A stretch of 63,994 nucleotides of DNA, counting the filler, from Lenisia limosa (lineage: Eukaryota > Protista > Breviatea): the NCBI GenBank assembly GCA_001655205.1. It is 13 parts of 13 records of this genome, joined end to end, with 100 filler letters (N's around TTAATTAATTAA, not from the genome) between each part and the next. Parts side by side here need not be neighbours in the genome. Positions count along the whole stretch, not along the records: positions 11,398 to 13,845 come from LPNZ01002160.1; positions 13,946 to 16,144 come from LPNZ01008717.1; positions 16,245 to 25,228 come from LPNZ01007722.1; 10 more parts are not named here. One strand, written 5' to 3'. Positions 11,398 through 25,328 of the stretch are shown piece by piece; position 1 is the first letter of the stretch; each line of letters begins with the position of its first letter. The notes beneath the pieces were generated by a model, which ran no database searches, was not told the DNA's origin, and worked only from the letters and a program-made list of their open reading frames with translations. The position numbers and the translations under genes were made by a program.

Positions 11398-14079
11398 GAC
11401 TTCAGAGAAGGTGCCCTCGCCCCTCCGTCCAAGCAGTCGGTATTCTGAGGTTAGGTTATGGCAGAATAAAACGGGCATTTTGAGCATTGTCATACGAAAG
11501 GTATAAACAAATGCCACAGCGTCAAATATTAATTTTCTTTGTTCATTAGGAGAAAGATAATAAGGGCTGGTGTTTGGAATCTAATGATGTCTAATAAGTA
11601 TCTAAAATATGAAGGGATAAAATAAGAAGGGTAATATAGATTATTTCACGGAACTGTTGAAGACATGAGATTGTAAACAACGCTGATAAAAGGCTATTTT
11701 TGTGATCACATGAATTTGTGAATATGCGTCATTTTAAGACAAAAAAAAAAGTGTTAAATGCTAAATAAGTCACAAGATGGAAAAAGGTAATTTTTAACAA
11801 ATAAACAATAAGAAGGAAAAGGATCAGTAATAACATTGTCATTATAAGGGAAAATGTCATTAGAATACCATTAAGTCCCAATATCAGATATGTTATTTCA
11901 GCAATATGAAGTAGATAGACAGCGACAAAAAGGGTCTACTGTTTCACTTTTGGTTCCTATATGTTATATGGGTTGAATTGGTCAATGTTTCATTGTAAAC
12001 ATGTAAAGCAGTGATTTTGATATTGTAATTAAAGAGGTTACAAAATATTATAAACATGAAGAGGCGAAAAGGTGATATTTAAAATGACAGAGCATACCGA
12101 GACGATATCATATGACATACTGAAAAGAGGCAGTGGTCGTTAATTATGACAGGTATGAATATTAGGAGTATAGAATGAGAGATAGGGATATTACGAAGAT
12201 AATATAGCAAAAATGCATATCGACGAGAAGATAATTGGCAGATAGAGATATATTCCTATGTTAGATATATCATGATGAGATGTCAGCTGATGCGTAAAGA
12301 ATCCAGGTAGATAATCCGAGCATGTCTTTATAAAACCGAAGAAAGTAAGATGCTCAACAGATTAAAAATATCAGAAACAGAAGTGAACGAATAGCGCCAA
12401 ACAATGACAAAAAGAGCGACATGAAATCGTAAGACAAAAGAGTGGTGTTGTGTGCCCCACAGAACACTCCACCCACAGCCAACAGGGAATCCCATATACG
12501 CATGAACAATTAATATTTCAATCAAGTAATCATTTCTGAACAACCCATATCTCGTTCAGAGTCTCCCCGTGCCTACTATGCATTCTCTGTCAGCCCCTTG
12601 AGGGCGACAACAGTGACTGTCAACTTCACATCATGGCGGCTCTTATATCGGGTCAACGTTAACAGTTTGCCAATAAAGAACACAGGGTACGACGAAAGGC
12701 GCTGGGGGAAGGCAGGGAGGTAAAAATTCCGACAGAGATTCTCTTGAGTTTGGAAGAAGTTTAGAAAACAGATTAAGTGGACTTGTTAAGTTGAGTTCTC
12801 AGTAGATCTGCAAGTTTTCATTGCTTAGAAAAAATAATCATTTATACCTTCGATATTTTTCGTTAATTTTCGATACACTCACAGGTTTTTCTAACGAGAA
12901 ATAATCCCTTTTTATGTTGAGTATATTATCTTATTATTGACCGCAGATTAAGAATAAAGTTGTATAAAGTCCGTAATCTTGAAATGTATTTCAGAATTTT
13001 TCATCATCCGTTTTCTGGACACCTAACATTGCGACAAGGCTCTTCTCTGCTTTAACTGCCTGATGAAATGATTCAAGACGATATCAAGTCGGTTCGAAGA
13101 TCCTCATTTGATTCCCTGCACTCCCACGAACCAGTTGCCATGCCGAGTCCGACGTCGACTCGCCCCTCATGGCTCCTCTCAGTGGCTATTATCTTCATTG
13201 TCGCCTTTGACTCTTCGCTTAACAGCTTCCTGTGTTTGGATGCCTTTGTTAAGGTTTGGGAGGCTTACATTCCTTTTAAGGCTAAGCATGCATATATTTT
13301 CTTTTTTAAACAATAAGGTTATTATTGATAGAATGATTTAGTTTTAAAGTGCATTATGAGCCTGATAAATAATCGATGTTTTTCTCATTTTTAAGACCTT
13401 TTAATAATAGGGCTGTTCTTTTGCTTTCCTTGTTTTCTTTTCTCTGTTTTTCTTGTGTAATTGGTATTGATATCTCGTTCTAAATACAACTATGTTGCTG
13501 CTTCTCTTTTCTTTAGTTCTAACTATGTTGCTGCTAATCTTTTCTTTAGTTCTATTACTTTTTTTTTGTTTCTTTCATTCAGTGAATGTTTTCAGTGTGA
13601 ACACATTCTATCGCTCAATTCGTCCCCTCCCCCAAAACTCGAATTTTTATTCTCAACAATTCTTTATCAGGTTTTTCGTTCTTCTCCTTCTCCTTTGTCA
13701 TTTGAATTTTCACATCTGTCTATTGATTGAAAAACCGTAATTTTCTCTCAAAATTGCCATTGTATTAGGCTTTTTGTCCTTCTTCTTCCTCTTTTTCATT
13801 GGTATTTCACCCCGCACCCCCGCGCGCGCATCACTTTTTTACCCCNNNNNNNNNNNNNNNNNNNNNNNNNNNNNNNNNNNNNNNNNNNNTTAATTAATTA
13901 ANNNNNNNNNNNNNNNNNNNNNNNNNNNNNNNNNNNNNNNNNNNNAGAAGGGTATTTCATTTGAGAATAACAGCCCATGAACAACAAACACCAACAACAA
14001 CAACTTTAAATAACAACAACAAACAACAATATTAATAACAATGATAATAATAATAACAACAACAATAACAATAATATCA

Positions 14080-16138
14080 CCACCAACAACAGCAATAGCA
14101 CCAACAATAATAGCATACCTCCTTGACCACATCACTGCCCATGAGTAGCGAAACGTCACGACTGCGGTGGAAAGCCCGGTCCATGGCACTCTGACAAGCG
14201 GCGTCCACGTCCTTGTTGCCGTTCAGTGCCACGACTTCACGGAGCTCTGGGGGGGGGGGGGTNNNNNNNNNNNNNNNNNNNNNNNNNNNNNNNNNNNNNN
14301 NNNNNNNNNNNNNNNNNNNNNNNNNNNNNNNNNNNNNNNNNNNNNNNNNNNNNNNNNNNNNNNNNNNNNNNNNNNNNNNNNNNNNNNNNNAATTATGAAA
14401 ACAAAAAAAAACAACAAAAAAAAAACGAGACTCTGATAACATTGGGGAATATCTGGAACCCCCCTTCCCCCACGTTTGTCTGTCACGTCCATGAACTTCT
14501 TAAAGTCGGCGAAAATATTATTTCCCAGGGGGCCGAGAAGAGGCTAAAAAGATTAAATTTGCATTTTGAAAATAAGATGAATTTATTACTACTATATATT
14601 ATATTATATAGTATATATATTATATATATACGTACATATATAGAAATATAGAAGAATCCAAAGGGATATCATACACACAAAAGTGGCTAGATAGGACTTT
14701 TGAAGGAAGTGCCATACAGGATGAATGTTGCGAATGCGCGCAGGAATAATGCGAGTTTCGGTAATGTATTGATTATATTTAAACCATACTGTTCATTCTT
14801 TGGCAAATCCCCCCCCCCCCCCACGTNNNNNNNNNNNNNNNNNNNNNNNNNNNNNNNNNNNNNNNNNNNNNNNNNNNNNNNNNNNNNNNNNNNNNNNNNN
14901 NNNNNNNNNNNNNNNNNNNNNNNNAGTTCACAAACTCAGTCCAACGCTCAGTTTGGCTCCCGAAGCCTGATTCAATTTCTGGGGGGGGGGGGTGTAAAAA
15001 TGGAAAATTTGTGAAACAAAAAAAAAGCATAAAAGAATGTGGAACTATTTTTCTATTGCAATTTCCAGGGAGCAGTTCGAGATAAAATGTTGGGGTTGTC
15101 CGGGAAGGATAGCGAGAACCCACTTTCAAAGACGTAATTCTCGTCACCCGCCTGCTGCTCCGCGGCCGGCTCATTATCGTCAGATGGTGTGGGAAGGAAG
15201 TTGCGGAACTCCTCCTGGAAGGGTGATGGAAAGTTATTATTATCTAAGGGATAAAGCAAGTGATCATCATATCTTTGCTATAAAAGATAACATGAGAGGA
15301 AGAAGTACTCATTAAAAGCTGCGTGAGTCCTCATTGCAAATAATATAACTGTCATTAATACATTTCCATCCCCCCAATGATCCACAAACCAGCAAGTCAC
15401 CATGATGCGCAAAGAGAGTCTGGACTTTTCTGTATANNNNNNNNNNNNNNNNNNNNNNNNNNNNNNNNNNNNNNNNNNNNNNNNNNNNNNNNNNNNNNNN
15501 NNNNNNNNNNNNNNNNNNNNNNNNNNNNNNNNNNNNNNNNNNGTCGCTTCTGCATCACCATCCCCCATGGTGTGGAGAAGGGTAAATGAAGGCAAGGAAT
15601 AATCACTGTCTGTGATAATGTAGTTACAAAAAAAGACTGAATTCTCGATAACTATTGGTATTTGACCAGTTTTGGGACCGGAGTGAAGTCTTGGTTAAGA
15701 CTTACTAAGAATACTGGAAACTAAAAAGAAGAGGTTAAACATTGACGAAACAGCCATGCTACACGCACCATCTTGGATGCTCTGGTAGGCGTTGAGAATC
15801 TCCAAGAACTGACGGTACACTTCGGGCTGGTCATGGAACCGGTTCTATAAGGTTCAGGGTTCGTTCTTAACAGAGTTCCCGTAAAAGAATGAATTTATCA
15901 ATGAATCCAATAATATTGATGCTTTACTCATTTTTTTCAAGCCCTCAAAAATCACATATTTACAATACAAGTTTATTGCTAAAACTAACAAATGCCAATA
16001 TCCCTCACTACCTGAACACTCCCACCCCATTGATATCTCAAACAGACCTTGATTTTCCTGACGTAGTTCTTGGCGTGGTCGTGTTCTAACGTCGGCCTGT
16101 CCCCCGCAGGTTGGGGAGGTTGGTTCATAAGATGGTAC
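14080..16138 (-). CDS. SIN3: Sin3-like corepressor, PAH-domain exons (partial gene)
   Basis: Spliced exons give HDHAKNYVRKIK|NRFHDQPEVYRQFLEILNAYQRASK ... YRKVQTLFAHHGDLL|EEFRNFLP, a canonical paired amphipathic helix repeat. Confidence 0.82.
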
Positions 16139-16247
16139 CTGGGGNNNNNNNNNNNNNNNNNNNNNNNNNNNNNNNNNNNNNNNNNNNNTTAATTAATTAA
16201 NNNNNNNNNNNNNNNNNNNNNNNNNNNNNNNNNNNNNNNNNNNNCAG

Positions 16248-18385
16248 TTCTTTATTATCATGGTGTGCATCCTTGGCTTTGCCTTCATTGGTGTGTATTA
16301 CCCCTACAACCGTGGCTCTTTGCTCACCTCGGCTGTCAGTATGCTAGGGGTTTTCTCTATCCAATTATTAGACATCATCTTTGTATTTCCCCATTTCTTT
16401 CAGCAAGTATTCTCCTTTCTAACCAGGTAGTTTTTTACGTTCTCTCCACCATTATCGCCACCTTTGTTTCGGCTAATCTTTACCGCAAAATGGGTGGCCA
16501 GAACTGGCTAATCAACATTGCCCTTACAATCTGTATGTTGGCAGACATAGTGTTGATTTGGCGAAAGACATATTATATAGTATACTCATTACTTTTCTCG
16601 TATTTTTACTATTATCAATGTCATCACCATGAAGGTTGTTTTACTTTTTCAGATACAATATAACAAGGTTTTCCCTACGAACCAAAATAGACTGAATTTT
16701 TCGATATATCCTCAATAAAGATATTTTACCAGTCTTTTAGGGTCCTAGGTAATCCCCAACTATGACATATTAGTTCGGCAAGATACAACCTTGTTTTTTT
16801 ATTTCTCGTTGCCATAATATAGTACTATTGCAACAAAGACGTGTATACTCTTATATCTCAGTCCTCTATGTCCTCCCTCTTGCTGGCGTTTGGTTCCTGG
16901 TCAACAGTATCGCGGTTTCGTACCAGTCTACTGCCGCTCTTCCCTTCGGAACCGTGGTGGTTATCTTCCTTCTTTGGTCCATTAGTATGGGGGCATTGAT
17001 GATTTGCCGAATTTGGATGAGTTTATCATCGCATTAGGAAATCACTCTTGGATTGCGAAGGTGGTTCTTCAGTTTCAATTTTGCAATTCTTTTCTTTCTA
17101 ACTCCCAGTTTCCCTGCCTCTCAGTTTTGTCGGCGCAATTCTCGGAAGAAACATCAGTCCAAGTATAGGGAGGATATACGAAGGAATTATCTGGAATACT
17201 TTCTTCTTTTTAACAATACTGTTTGCCTGACCTTTTTAGTTTTTGACGCTCCGGTGCGGACTAAGAACATCCCCCGTGAAATCCCCCAGGACAAGTGGTA
17301 CAAGTTGGAGGGGAGGGGAGAGGTTTGCCGAAAGGTGCCCAATCAACACCCAAACAAAGTGGTGGCAATTCTATGATTACAAAAAAATTCTGACTTTCGC
17401 CATATCCTCACGTTTTCAGGTCTCCCTTCATTCTTATCATGACTGGCGGTCTGTTGCCCTTTAGCTCCATCTACATTGAGCTTTACTACCTCTTCGCTAG
17501 GTAGGTTCTTGAACAATATTATGCTGAAGGGCACAACTTATTGCTCATTTCCACATTGTCACATATCATAATAATAATACCATTGCAATTAGTTCACGGT
17601 CTAGTGTATGGGGACATAGGCCTTACACCCTCTGGGGAGTGCTAGCAATCGTCTTCGTCATTGTTGTCATTGTAACGGTTGGGGGTCTTCTTTATGGTTG
17701 GGTATTAGTATAATTATTACATAATAAACAAAAAAGCAGTGAATTTTATAAATAATATCATTGTAGTATCAGATATTTGGACATTCTCATTGTATTACTT
17801 TACTCAGAATGAAGATTCAGTATATTCAATACAATATACCCGTATTTTTGCTCACCTCCGCCCCCCCCCCCCNNNNNNNNNNNNNNNNNNNNNNNNNNNN
17901 NNNNNNNNNNNNNNNNNNNNNNNNNNNNNNNNNNNNNNNNNNNNNNNNNNNNNNNNNNNNNNNNNNNNNNNNNNNNNNNNNNNNNNNNNNGACCACAGAT
18001 GGTGGTGGAGATCGTTCCTGTCAGGAGCGTGAGGGGTGTTGCTGTAGTGAAGTGAAAACTCTTTTTTTACTTTTGACTTGTTCATCTGTATAGTTCTACT
18101 GGTGTGTACATTATTATATACTCGGTGTATTACTGGACCCTTCGCTCGGAGATGAGCGGAACACTTCAAGCGTTTTATTATTTCGGGTAAGAGGAGCGTA
18201 ATTCCTTGTTGCAAAGCCTCACACTTCAAAATTGATCTGAGTGCATGTGTAGCTTCTCTCAAGTGTAACTCCTTAGGTACATTGGCCTGTCAGCATTTGC
18301 GTTTTCTCTGATGTTGGGTACTGTTGGCTGGTTTGCCAGTTTAATCTTTGTCAAGAAGATCTACTCCAACCTCAAATACGACTAA
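16248..18385 (+). CDS. TM9SF: Transmembrane 9 superfamily (nonaspanin/EMP70) protein, 5'-truncated by scaffold edge
   Basis: Exons: YYPYNRGSLLTSAV, STAALPFGTVV, PVRTKNIPREIP, GGLLPFSSIYIELYY, EDHRWWWRSFLSG, VKKIYSNLKYD* (TAA 18383-18385). Confidence 0.95.
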
Positions 18386-18789
18386 TTTTCCTCTTTCTTT
18401 CTTTTTTTGATTNNNNNNNNNNNNNNNNNNNNNNNNNNNNNNNNNNNNNNNNNNNNNNNNNNNNNNNNNNNNNNNNNNNNNNNNNNNNNNNNNNNNGCGA
18501 AACTATTTGTACATTTTATCTTGTTTTTGATCATTTTTACTCGGTATTCACGAACAAGTGATAATAAATACTATTATAAAAGAGGGAAGAGAGTAATGTT
18601 TTCCTAACCCACAATCGTTGTTAAGATCACCTGGTATTTAGTGCAGTTCTCCCGCTGCCATATGAAGAAATTGGAAAAATACAATAAATATGTCCAAAGG
18701 AAGGAACACGACAAAAAGGGGACAATTATACCCCCTTTGATGGTCAAAACCAGATCAGCTGTTAGCTTGTCTTTCCTGAGCGGAAGATA

Positions 18790-20480
18790 CCTAGGGGCAC
18801 CACATATCATCGCCTTGTCCGCTTTTCTTCAGCTTTAAACACTTCGGCGCCCAATAGACGACATAAAACAACAACAGTAGTGTGAGAAGAGAAAGAGACG
18901 TGACCGCCAGGCCCGTGGGGTGGTTCAGAACCCAGGAAGCCACCTCATCCACCCATGTCACCGCTCCATCTGGGGAGTCAGAAGTTCAGTTAAATAACTG
19001 CCCCATGGTCAATATCAAATGGATGCAGGTATTCAGTCCAATCTGTAAAAAAAAAAACTGGCGACCTTCAACACAAGGCATTTTTTATAAAAAGATATAA
19101 GTATATGATGTGCTATTTCTTGGATATTGGATGATCAAATTTTGAATTTTAAATACGTTGCTTGGGTATAAAGAAAGAACTGCAATGTGGGCCCTTTCTT
19201 TCTCAGCCAGTTCCAGGCCTACCAAAACTGAGCCGTTGCGGGGCAAGCGGCTCAAATAACAGCTCAGACTTGGCTGCTAACGTGACGCTTTCAGTTGCCT
19301 CCACAATGGGAATGTTGCTGCTTCCTTGGAACACTGGGGACTGGGGGGGGGGGGGGGGNNNNNNNNNNNNNNNNNNNNNNNNNNNNNNNNNNNNNNNNNN
19401 NNNNNNNNNNNNNNNNNNNNNNNNNNNNNNNNNNTACTATACTAATTGGTATTTTTGGCTAAAATATCAATCTCACTTACATTTCGCCCCCTCTACCCAA
19501 GAGTTGACCGCCCAATTTGCTCCAGTATACTCAAATAGGAAAAGAGCACTTTACAACTAACTAACAGAGTTGAAATACACCCCCCATTGCCCCCACGGTT
19601 TCTCCCTACCCCGGAAAGTTACACGCAGGAGACTCAAGATAAATGTTGATTTAAAGAGGTAAGAGAGTATCCTTCAATACGAAAAGTTAAATTCCTCAGT
19701 TCAACGTTCTATGTACATACCCTTAAATTTTCATGATAGAGCCTAATAAACCGAGTACACGACTTGCTGATGTCATTTGAAATGGCCACATTCGCTTCAA
19801 CTGCTCAAATAAGAAAAAAATGTGTAGAAAAAGGGGTACACTGCTATGGATGGGGGAGACATGATAAGAATAAAAGACTCTGAAGAGAGTATTCATTTGA
19901 TCATTCCCTCACGTGTGAGGGGAAGCATGAGTGAATCCTCCTGTAAAGACTCTGAGCAGAGAAGGCCAAGTTCATTGAGCATGATATGTGCCTGGCGTAT
20001 AAGAATCAAAAGGAAAGACAACCTGCGAAACCACAAAACCTACCAGTGCCTGTGGGAACTTTGGGTCTGAAAAAAGAACAGCCCGGTATTCTGAGAACTG
20101 CAAAATGTGGCAGTATGTTCCATTAATCCTGCTTTGTCAGTCGGAATTTGAAACCAACAACACACCGCACCCCTCACTCCCCCAACTGTAAAACAGAGTA
20201 CTTCTGGACAGAGTGGAACTTGACGGCAGCCAGTGCAATGCTGCGAAACGTTCCTTGGAAATGGGTCAACCTCCCAAAACAGCCCAAGGTAAAGTGGATA
20301 GCAAAGACACTCCCTCCTACCACTTACCCCATGATAGTGCTCAGCAAGAACCACATCGTTTCTAAGCAATGAGGTTCTTCATATGATACGAATTGTTAAT
20401 ATATATTTTCAAAATACCTCTCTTTTATCCCACCCACAATATAATAACAGCATAGTGGAGGAGCGACATCCTTTTCTATT
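18790..20480 (-). CDS. Probable spliced gene of unknown function
   Basis: Several AG/GT-bounded minus-strand segments (VFQGSSNIPIVEATESVTLAAKSELLFEPL; DGAVTWVDEVASWVLNHPTGLA; HIMLNELGLLCSESLQED). No recognisable domain. Confidence 0.25.
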
Positions 20481-20944
20481 GCAACTGGTCAGAATACAAA
20501 GTACAATATGAATATATTAAGATATGACGTTATGACGTCAATAAACTGAAATTCAAGGTTGCAAAAGAGGGCGGACTGAGGATAAATGCCTGAAACTGGG
20601 AAGTGGATATTGGAACGGAGAGGGTGCTTGGAAAAATAATGACAAAACAAGGAAGAATGCTCTTTCTCTTTCTCTTATTCAGAATAAATAAATCACAAAT
20701 ACACAAATAAATAATGACAAGGGGTTGGGGGAAGGAGGGAAGGCAGTTTATTTTTGTGGTCAGTTCGAGGAGGATCTGGTTAGTGCGAGAAAATCTAGAA
20801 TATTCGAGAATGGAATCTGTACTATATTTTACAGACTACTATATTCCTCCATACTTCCTTATATATTAAGAAATTAGTGCGTCGTTATTAAATATAGATC
20901 ACGAATAAGGCTTTATTGTTCCTAGTCTCTCAGATACTCACATT

Positions 20945-23623
20945 ATGACCTGCGACAAGGTTTGGAAGCGTAAAAATACTTATTTTTGTTTAGTATGAAA
21001 ATGGCTATGAAGTTAATCACACCATTGAGAAGTACACCGGAGATTGTGTTTACACAGAGCGACAACTTGCTTCGTTTTACATGGGAATGCTTTCAATCTT
21101 CATTTGGATGATCGCATTAATGCCGTAAGTCGTTTAAACTCCTTACTTGTCATTCTATTCAGACAACTATGGCTAACTTTTCGTTCCAAGAAACCTGAAA
21201 GTGTGTCTCTCCCATTTCTTATTGTCTGGGTACTTGGTGACCTTACTGGCCTGATTGGAGCCATCTTAACGAAGCAACTCGCAACACAAATCTACCTAGC
21301 CTGGTATTTTCTTATCGTGTAAGCTCTCTCTTATCCTGCTACCTATATCATCTTTGCAGTTTTTCATAGTTCTTATATTTTAAAGATATTGTTGATTAGA
21401 AGTCGAAACCAGATCATATTTTTTCACAACCCAACTTCACTCCAACCAATGACCTTTGGTTTTTTGTTACCCCCCCCCCCTTCCNNNNNNNNNNNNNNNN
21501 NNNNNNNNNNNNNNNNNNNNNNNNNNNNNNNNNNNNNNNNNNNNNNNNNNNNNNNNNNNNNNNNNNNNNNNNNNNNNNNNNAATGGCCTCCACATCACTC
21601 CCCCAAACCACTTTGCACACTCCTCCAAAACAGTCTTTCTGTGCCTTTCTTTCTACCTTTCTTTCTTATTACAATGATGCAGTGATGAGTCGTTGTGCTA
21701 CTCCAATACCCCAATGACCCACATCATCGACAACTTCTTTGAGTTTATCATTCCTTATCCCCACAAGATGCGTCCTTCTGACCCTGCAAAACATGTACTA
21801 TACCAGAAGACAGAAGAAAATTCTCAGCAAGTAGGTTGAACTTTGAGGCAGGATATGGAGGTATACAGTGACCGGGATAAGTCTTGACCTATTTTCCGGT
21901 CTCTGTATGTAATATGTTGGACAGGATATATTTGTCGAAGTGTTCGTGCGTAGGTGCGCGTTTTTGTTGGGCAATTTGTGTACTCAGAACGCAATATGCG
22001 CACTGACATAATTTCATTTCCATTTCTAATCTGGCGTTTCATTTCTGTGCAGAAACAAGCCTGCTATTCAAAACCTCGAGGGTGGAGATGGAGAAATTGT
22101 CGTCAGCCCAGGCCCTCAGGAAGAAGTTATCCCGAAGGACGTGACAGCGGAATCTGTTGAATCCACGACGCGACCAGGACCAAGTAGCAGTTCCGCTACG
22201 CTTGCCTCCTTGAGCTGGTGAGCTGCGGGTGATGGATGTGATGGTGAGAGGATAATGGGGGCATAGGTTTGAAGGAATACGCCGTTTGTGTCGAAGGTTT
22301 TGTGCTATTGGTGGCACTGTTTANNNNNNNNNNNNNNNNNNNNNNNNNNNNNNNNNNNNNNNNNNNNNNNNNNNNNNNNNNNNNNNNNNNNNNNNNNNNN
22401 NNNACTTTTGGAGGATGATGAAGTTGGAGGGGCTTATTTGCTACTCTCAAATTGTTCTCATATTGTATAAAATAATGAAATACAGCCACTTTTCAGGCGG
22501 GAATTTGGTATATAGTAAGTCAAGTTTGATATCATATATAACTTTTTGGGCATTTCACACGTGTGATCTAACGTTTTCCACTCATTGTGATACCTCATAT
22601 CCACTCCTATGAGCATTGATGAAAATCTGAATGATACTCTGATAGATACGGGATGTATCTTTGTGCTATCTCCATTCATCATTTCGACTCAAAAGTCGAT
22701 TATATGACATATCATAAAGTGATGGTAATTTAGATGTATACTATTTGATATAATGGTGAGCTCTAGCCAAGAATATTTCTCGCCTTACATTTTCATCAAG
22801 TGTCTTTTATATCATAGTATAGTATTCTTTTTTGTTATTCTTCAGCTTGATCGCAATCATTGGCGCTATTGGTTTGGTGTTGTTTGCGCCTACCTGTGCG
22901 CTGTTTTTTATGTCGGCTCCAGAATCCCGCAAATAATGCTCAATGTAAGTGCTTTGTGCACCCGTCAACTTGGTGGTTATTTTTGCCTTGTGTTTTATCA
23001 GTTTAGTTTAAGAGGAAAGCCACTGACGGACTCTCTCTGAAGATGTTTATCATGGGAGTTCTAGGTATGTTTTCCCTTTTCGCTTTGAAATAATTTTTTA
23101 AAATAATTTTTTAGGCAATACCACATATGTAGCCTCCATTCTCATCTACTCAACGAACAAGCAGTTTCTATTGGTATGTTTTCGCAGTGCTTCAAGTTCA
23201 GAGTTCTTATTAATTACAATGCAGGACCGGCTGCCGTTCCTCTTAAACTCGGCTCCCACATTGGTTCTTGATGCCCTTGTTGGTGGTGAGAGCACGACAG
23301 TAACATCACATAAGAAATAGAAAAAGGTTATCATCATGTGACTTTCCACTGGTATAATATCAAATAGCAATATTCTTAATATGCAGTTGGCTTACTTCAC
23401 AGATCCTCTTCCAGTCCATGTACTACAAGAAGACTTCAGAGGTATCAGCTGACAGCATTGATGGTAAACGGGAACCTTTGTGGGAAATCTTCATATTTGA
23501 GATTGAGCTATTTCTTCTTTCAAATTGATAATGTGTTTAGGGGTGGGGGAAGGTGAGAAGCCGAAGACCCTTTCTGCTGAAGAAGATTTTGATGGTGAAG
23601 TGATTGTTGAAGACCATGTGTAG
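20945..23623 (+). CDS. PQLC2: PQ-loop lysosomal cationic amino-acid transporter (PQLC2/LAAT-1/Ypq family), spliced
   Basis: MTCDK..DCVYTERQLASFYMGMLSIFIWMIALMPQLWLTFRSKKPESVSLPFLIVWVLGDLTGLIGAILTKQLATQIYLA. The second loop is YVGSRIPQIMLN..DGLSLKMF, and the stop is TAG 23621-23623. Confidence 0.9.
21864..21897 (+). mobile_element. MITE family B fragment (one TIR)
   Basis: TACAGTGACCGGGATAAGTCTTGACC is identical to the left end of the nested element at 50978. Confidence 0.6.
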
Positions 23624-24294
23624 AGTGAAGAATCGATTATTTGCATATTATTATTTATTATTATTTAGTATTATTGTTTCATCTAGGATTTCCATCAAAT
23701 ACAATAATAAATAATATTGCGACACAAACAACACGGCCACGGATAATTAACAAAAGTGATTTGGGTTGCCAATAAGAGCTACTACTTTTAACGTTCAGGA
23801 CTGCTGCATCACCATGTTTACAGTGACAATTGTCTACGTATTTGTAGATTGACAACTAAGAGGGTCATACACATTCAATAGTTCTCATTTTTTACTCATC
23901 GCACACCTTTTCAGTGCAGTGACATGTAGAGGCCAACACGTGTTCAATGTATTCATTGAAAGTCAGAGTTGTTGTAGATTCACAATTAGAGCCCGCCGAT
24001 ATTGAATGGGCTGAATACACTGGGTTGTTCTTAGGGTATTAGGATTTAAACTATCCAAAGTCTTACCACTAACACAAAGAGCAGCTAAGATATCATTGTG
24101 AGACGAATTACAACAGCAGAAATGTGCAGTGGTAGAAAAGTGTGTGTGTGGGGGGGGGGTAAACTGCTTCAGTCACATGTACACCGATATGCTTTATCAG
24201 GCAATTTTGCTGTCAAATGCAAATATCATGAACTCCTCCGATTACTATCACAGCAAGCACATGATTATATGTGGAGGCATATTGTTTCACGTAC

Positions 24295-24567
24295 CTGAAG
24301 CACAGCTCGTGAACACCACCTCTGACGCCTGGCAGTTGATGAGGGCAGCCACTCTCTCTCTCGTGCCTCAACCATGACCTTGCATACCGACTCGCCAACT
24401 ACAAAAAAATAGTTGTGAGTCAAATGGGAGCGCAACAGTAATCATACACTCGTGACTTGAGCTTGGGTTGCATATCGCCGTCCAGCAACTCCTTTATTTT
24501 GTTCTTGACCGAAGCCGAGTGGGTAGTTGAGGCGAAGTCGGCAGCAAGGCGGGTCAGCAATAAGACA
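24295..24567 (-). pseudogene. Frameshifted class V aminotransferase (NifS/cysteine desulfurase/selenocysteine lyase-like) N-terminal exons
   Basis: ADFASTTH (DYxATTP-like), CNPSSSH (GNPSSxH) and EARER/VAALINCQASEVVFTSCAS (ARxxVAxLIxAxxxEIIFTSGAT). Two frameshifts are needed to join them. Confidence 0.55.
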
Positions 24568-25328
24568 CTTAATGGAGGATGACATTTTGAGACAACATCA
24601 ACAAATTTTCATCTTCAACAATAAAAAAAAAACTGTAAAAAACAGTGAAAATACATATTTTTAACAATGGGGAAGGAAGAGGAGCTGGAAGGGCACACCG
24701 ATGAGACTCTGATTGTCTCACACATTCCAAGAGTCCCTAAGTGGCTGAGTGGGTTCGGAGGTTCGGGGTGGTTGGATGGCAAGTCTAAGGCGGTGGGTGG
24801 AGGCAAGTGGAAGGAGGGGAAAGCGCGCACGTTGTGGGTCATGTGGGTTTGGATTGGAAAAGGCGGGAGGTTGATTACTTTTTGATTGGTCTGTGACAGA
24901 CATCTGTTCCTTTTTTTGTTCCAGTTCCAGGGTCTGTTCCCGTTCATAATCTTTGCATAATCTATCTCATACATATACGAACCAATAATATCTGAATAAT
25001 ATTCGCCACGGAAGTCCCTCCACCATTAGCAAACCAACACACTGCAGTGCCTTTCAACCATGACGCAGTCTGATGACTTCGGTTACTCAATAGGAATGTC
25101 ATCACAAGAGTTTCAATTGTTTGGATCCATTTTGAAAACACCAGTGAACCAAAGGGACTTCCTCCCCATATCCGTCAAACACCTGATTACACGAGACTTA
25201 CGACAAGACGTATCTCCTCTGACTGGCTNNNNNNNNNNNNNNNNNNNNNNNNNNNNNNNNNNNNNNNNNNNNTTAATTAATTAANNNNNNNNNNNNNNNN
25301 NNNNNNNNNNNNNNNNNNNNNNNNNNNN

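Noticed and set aside
13488-13553. 33-bp tandem duplication
   Set aside because: Two-copy local slippage in non-coding DNA with no further structure.
14223-15606. ORF-track entries containing X runs (here and throughout)
   Set aside because: They are open only because they cross N gaps.
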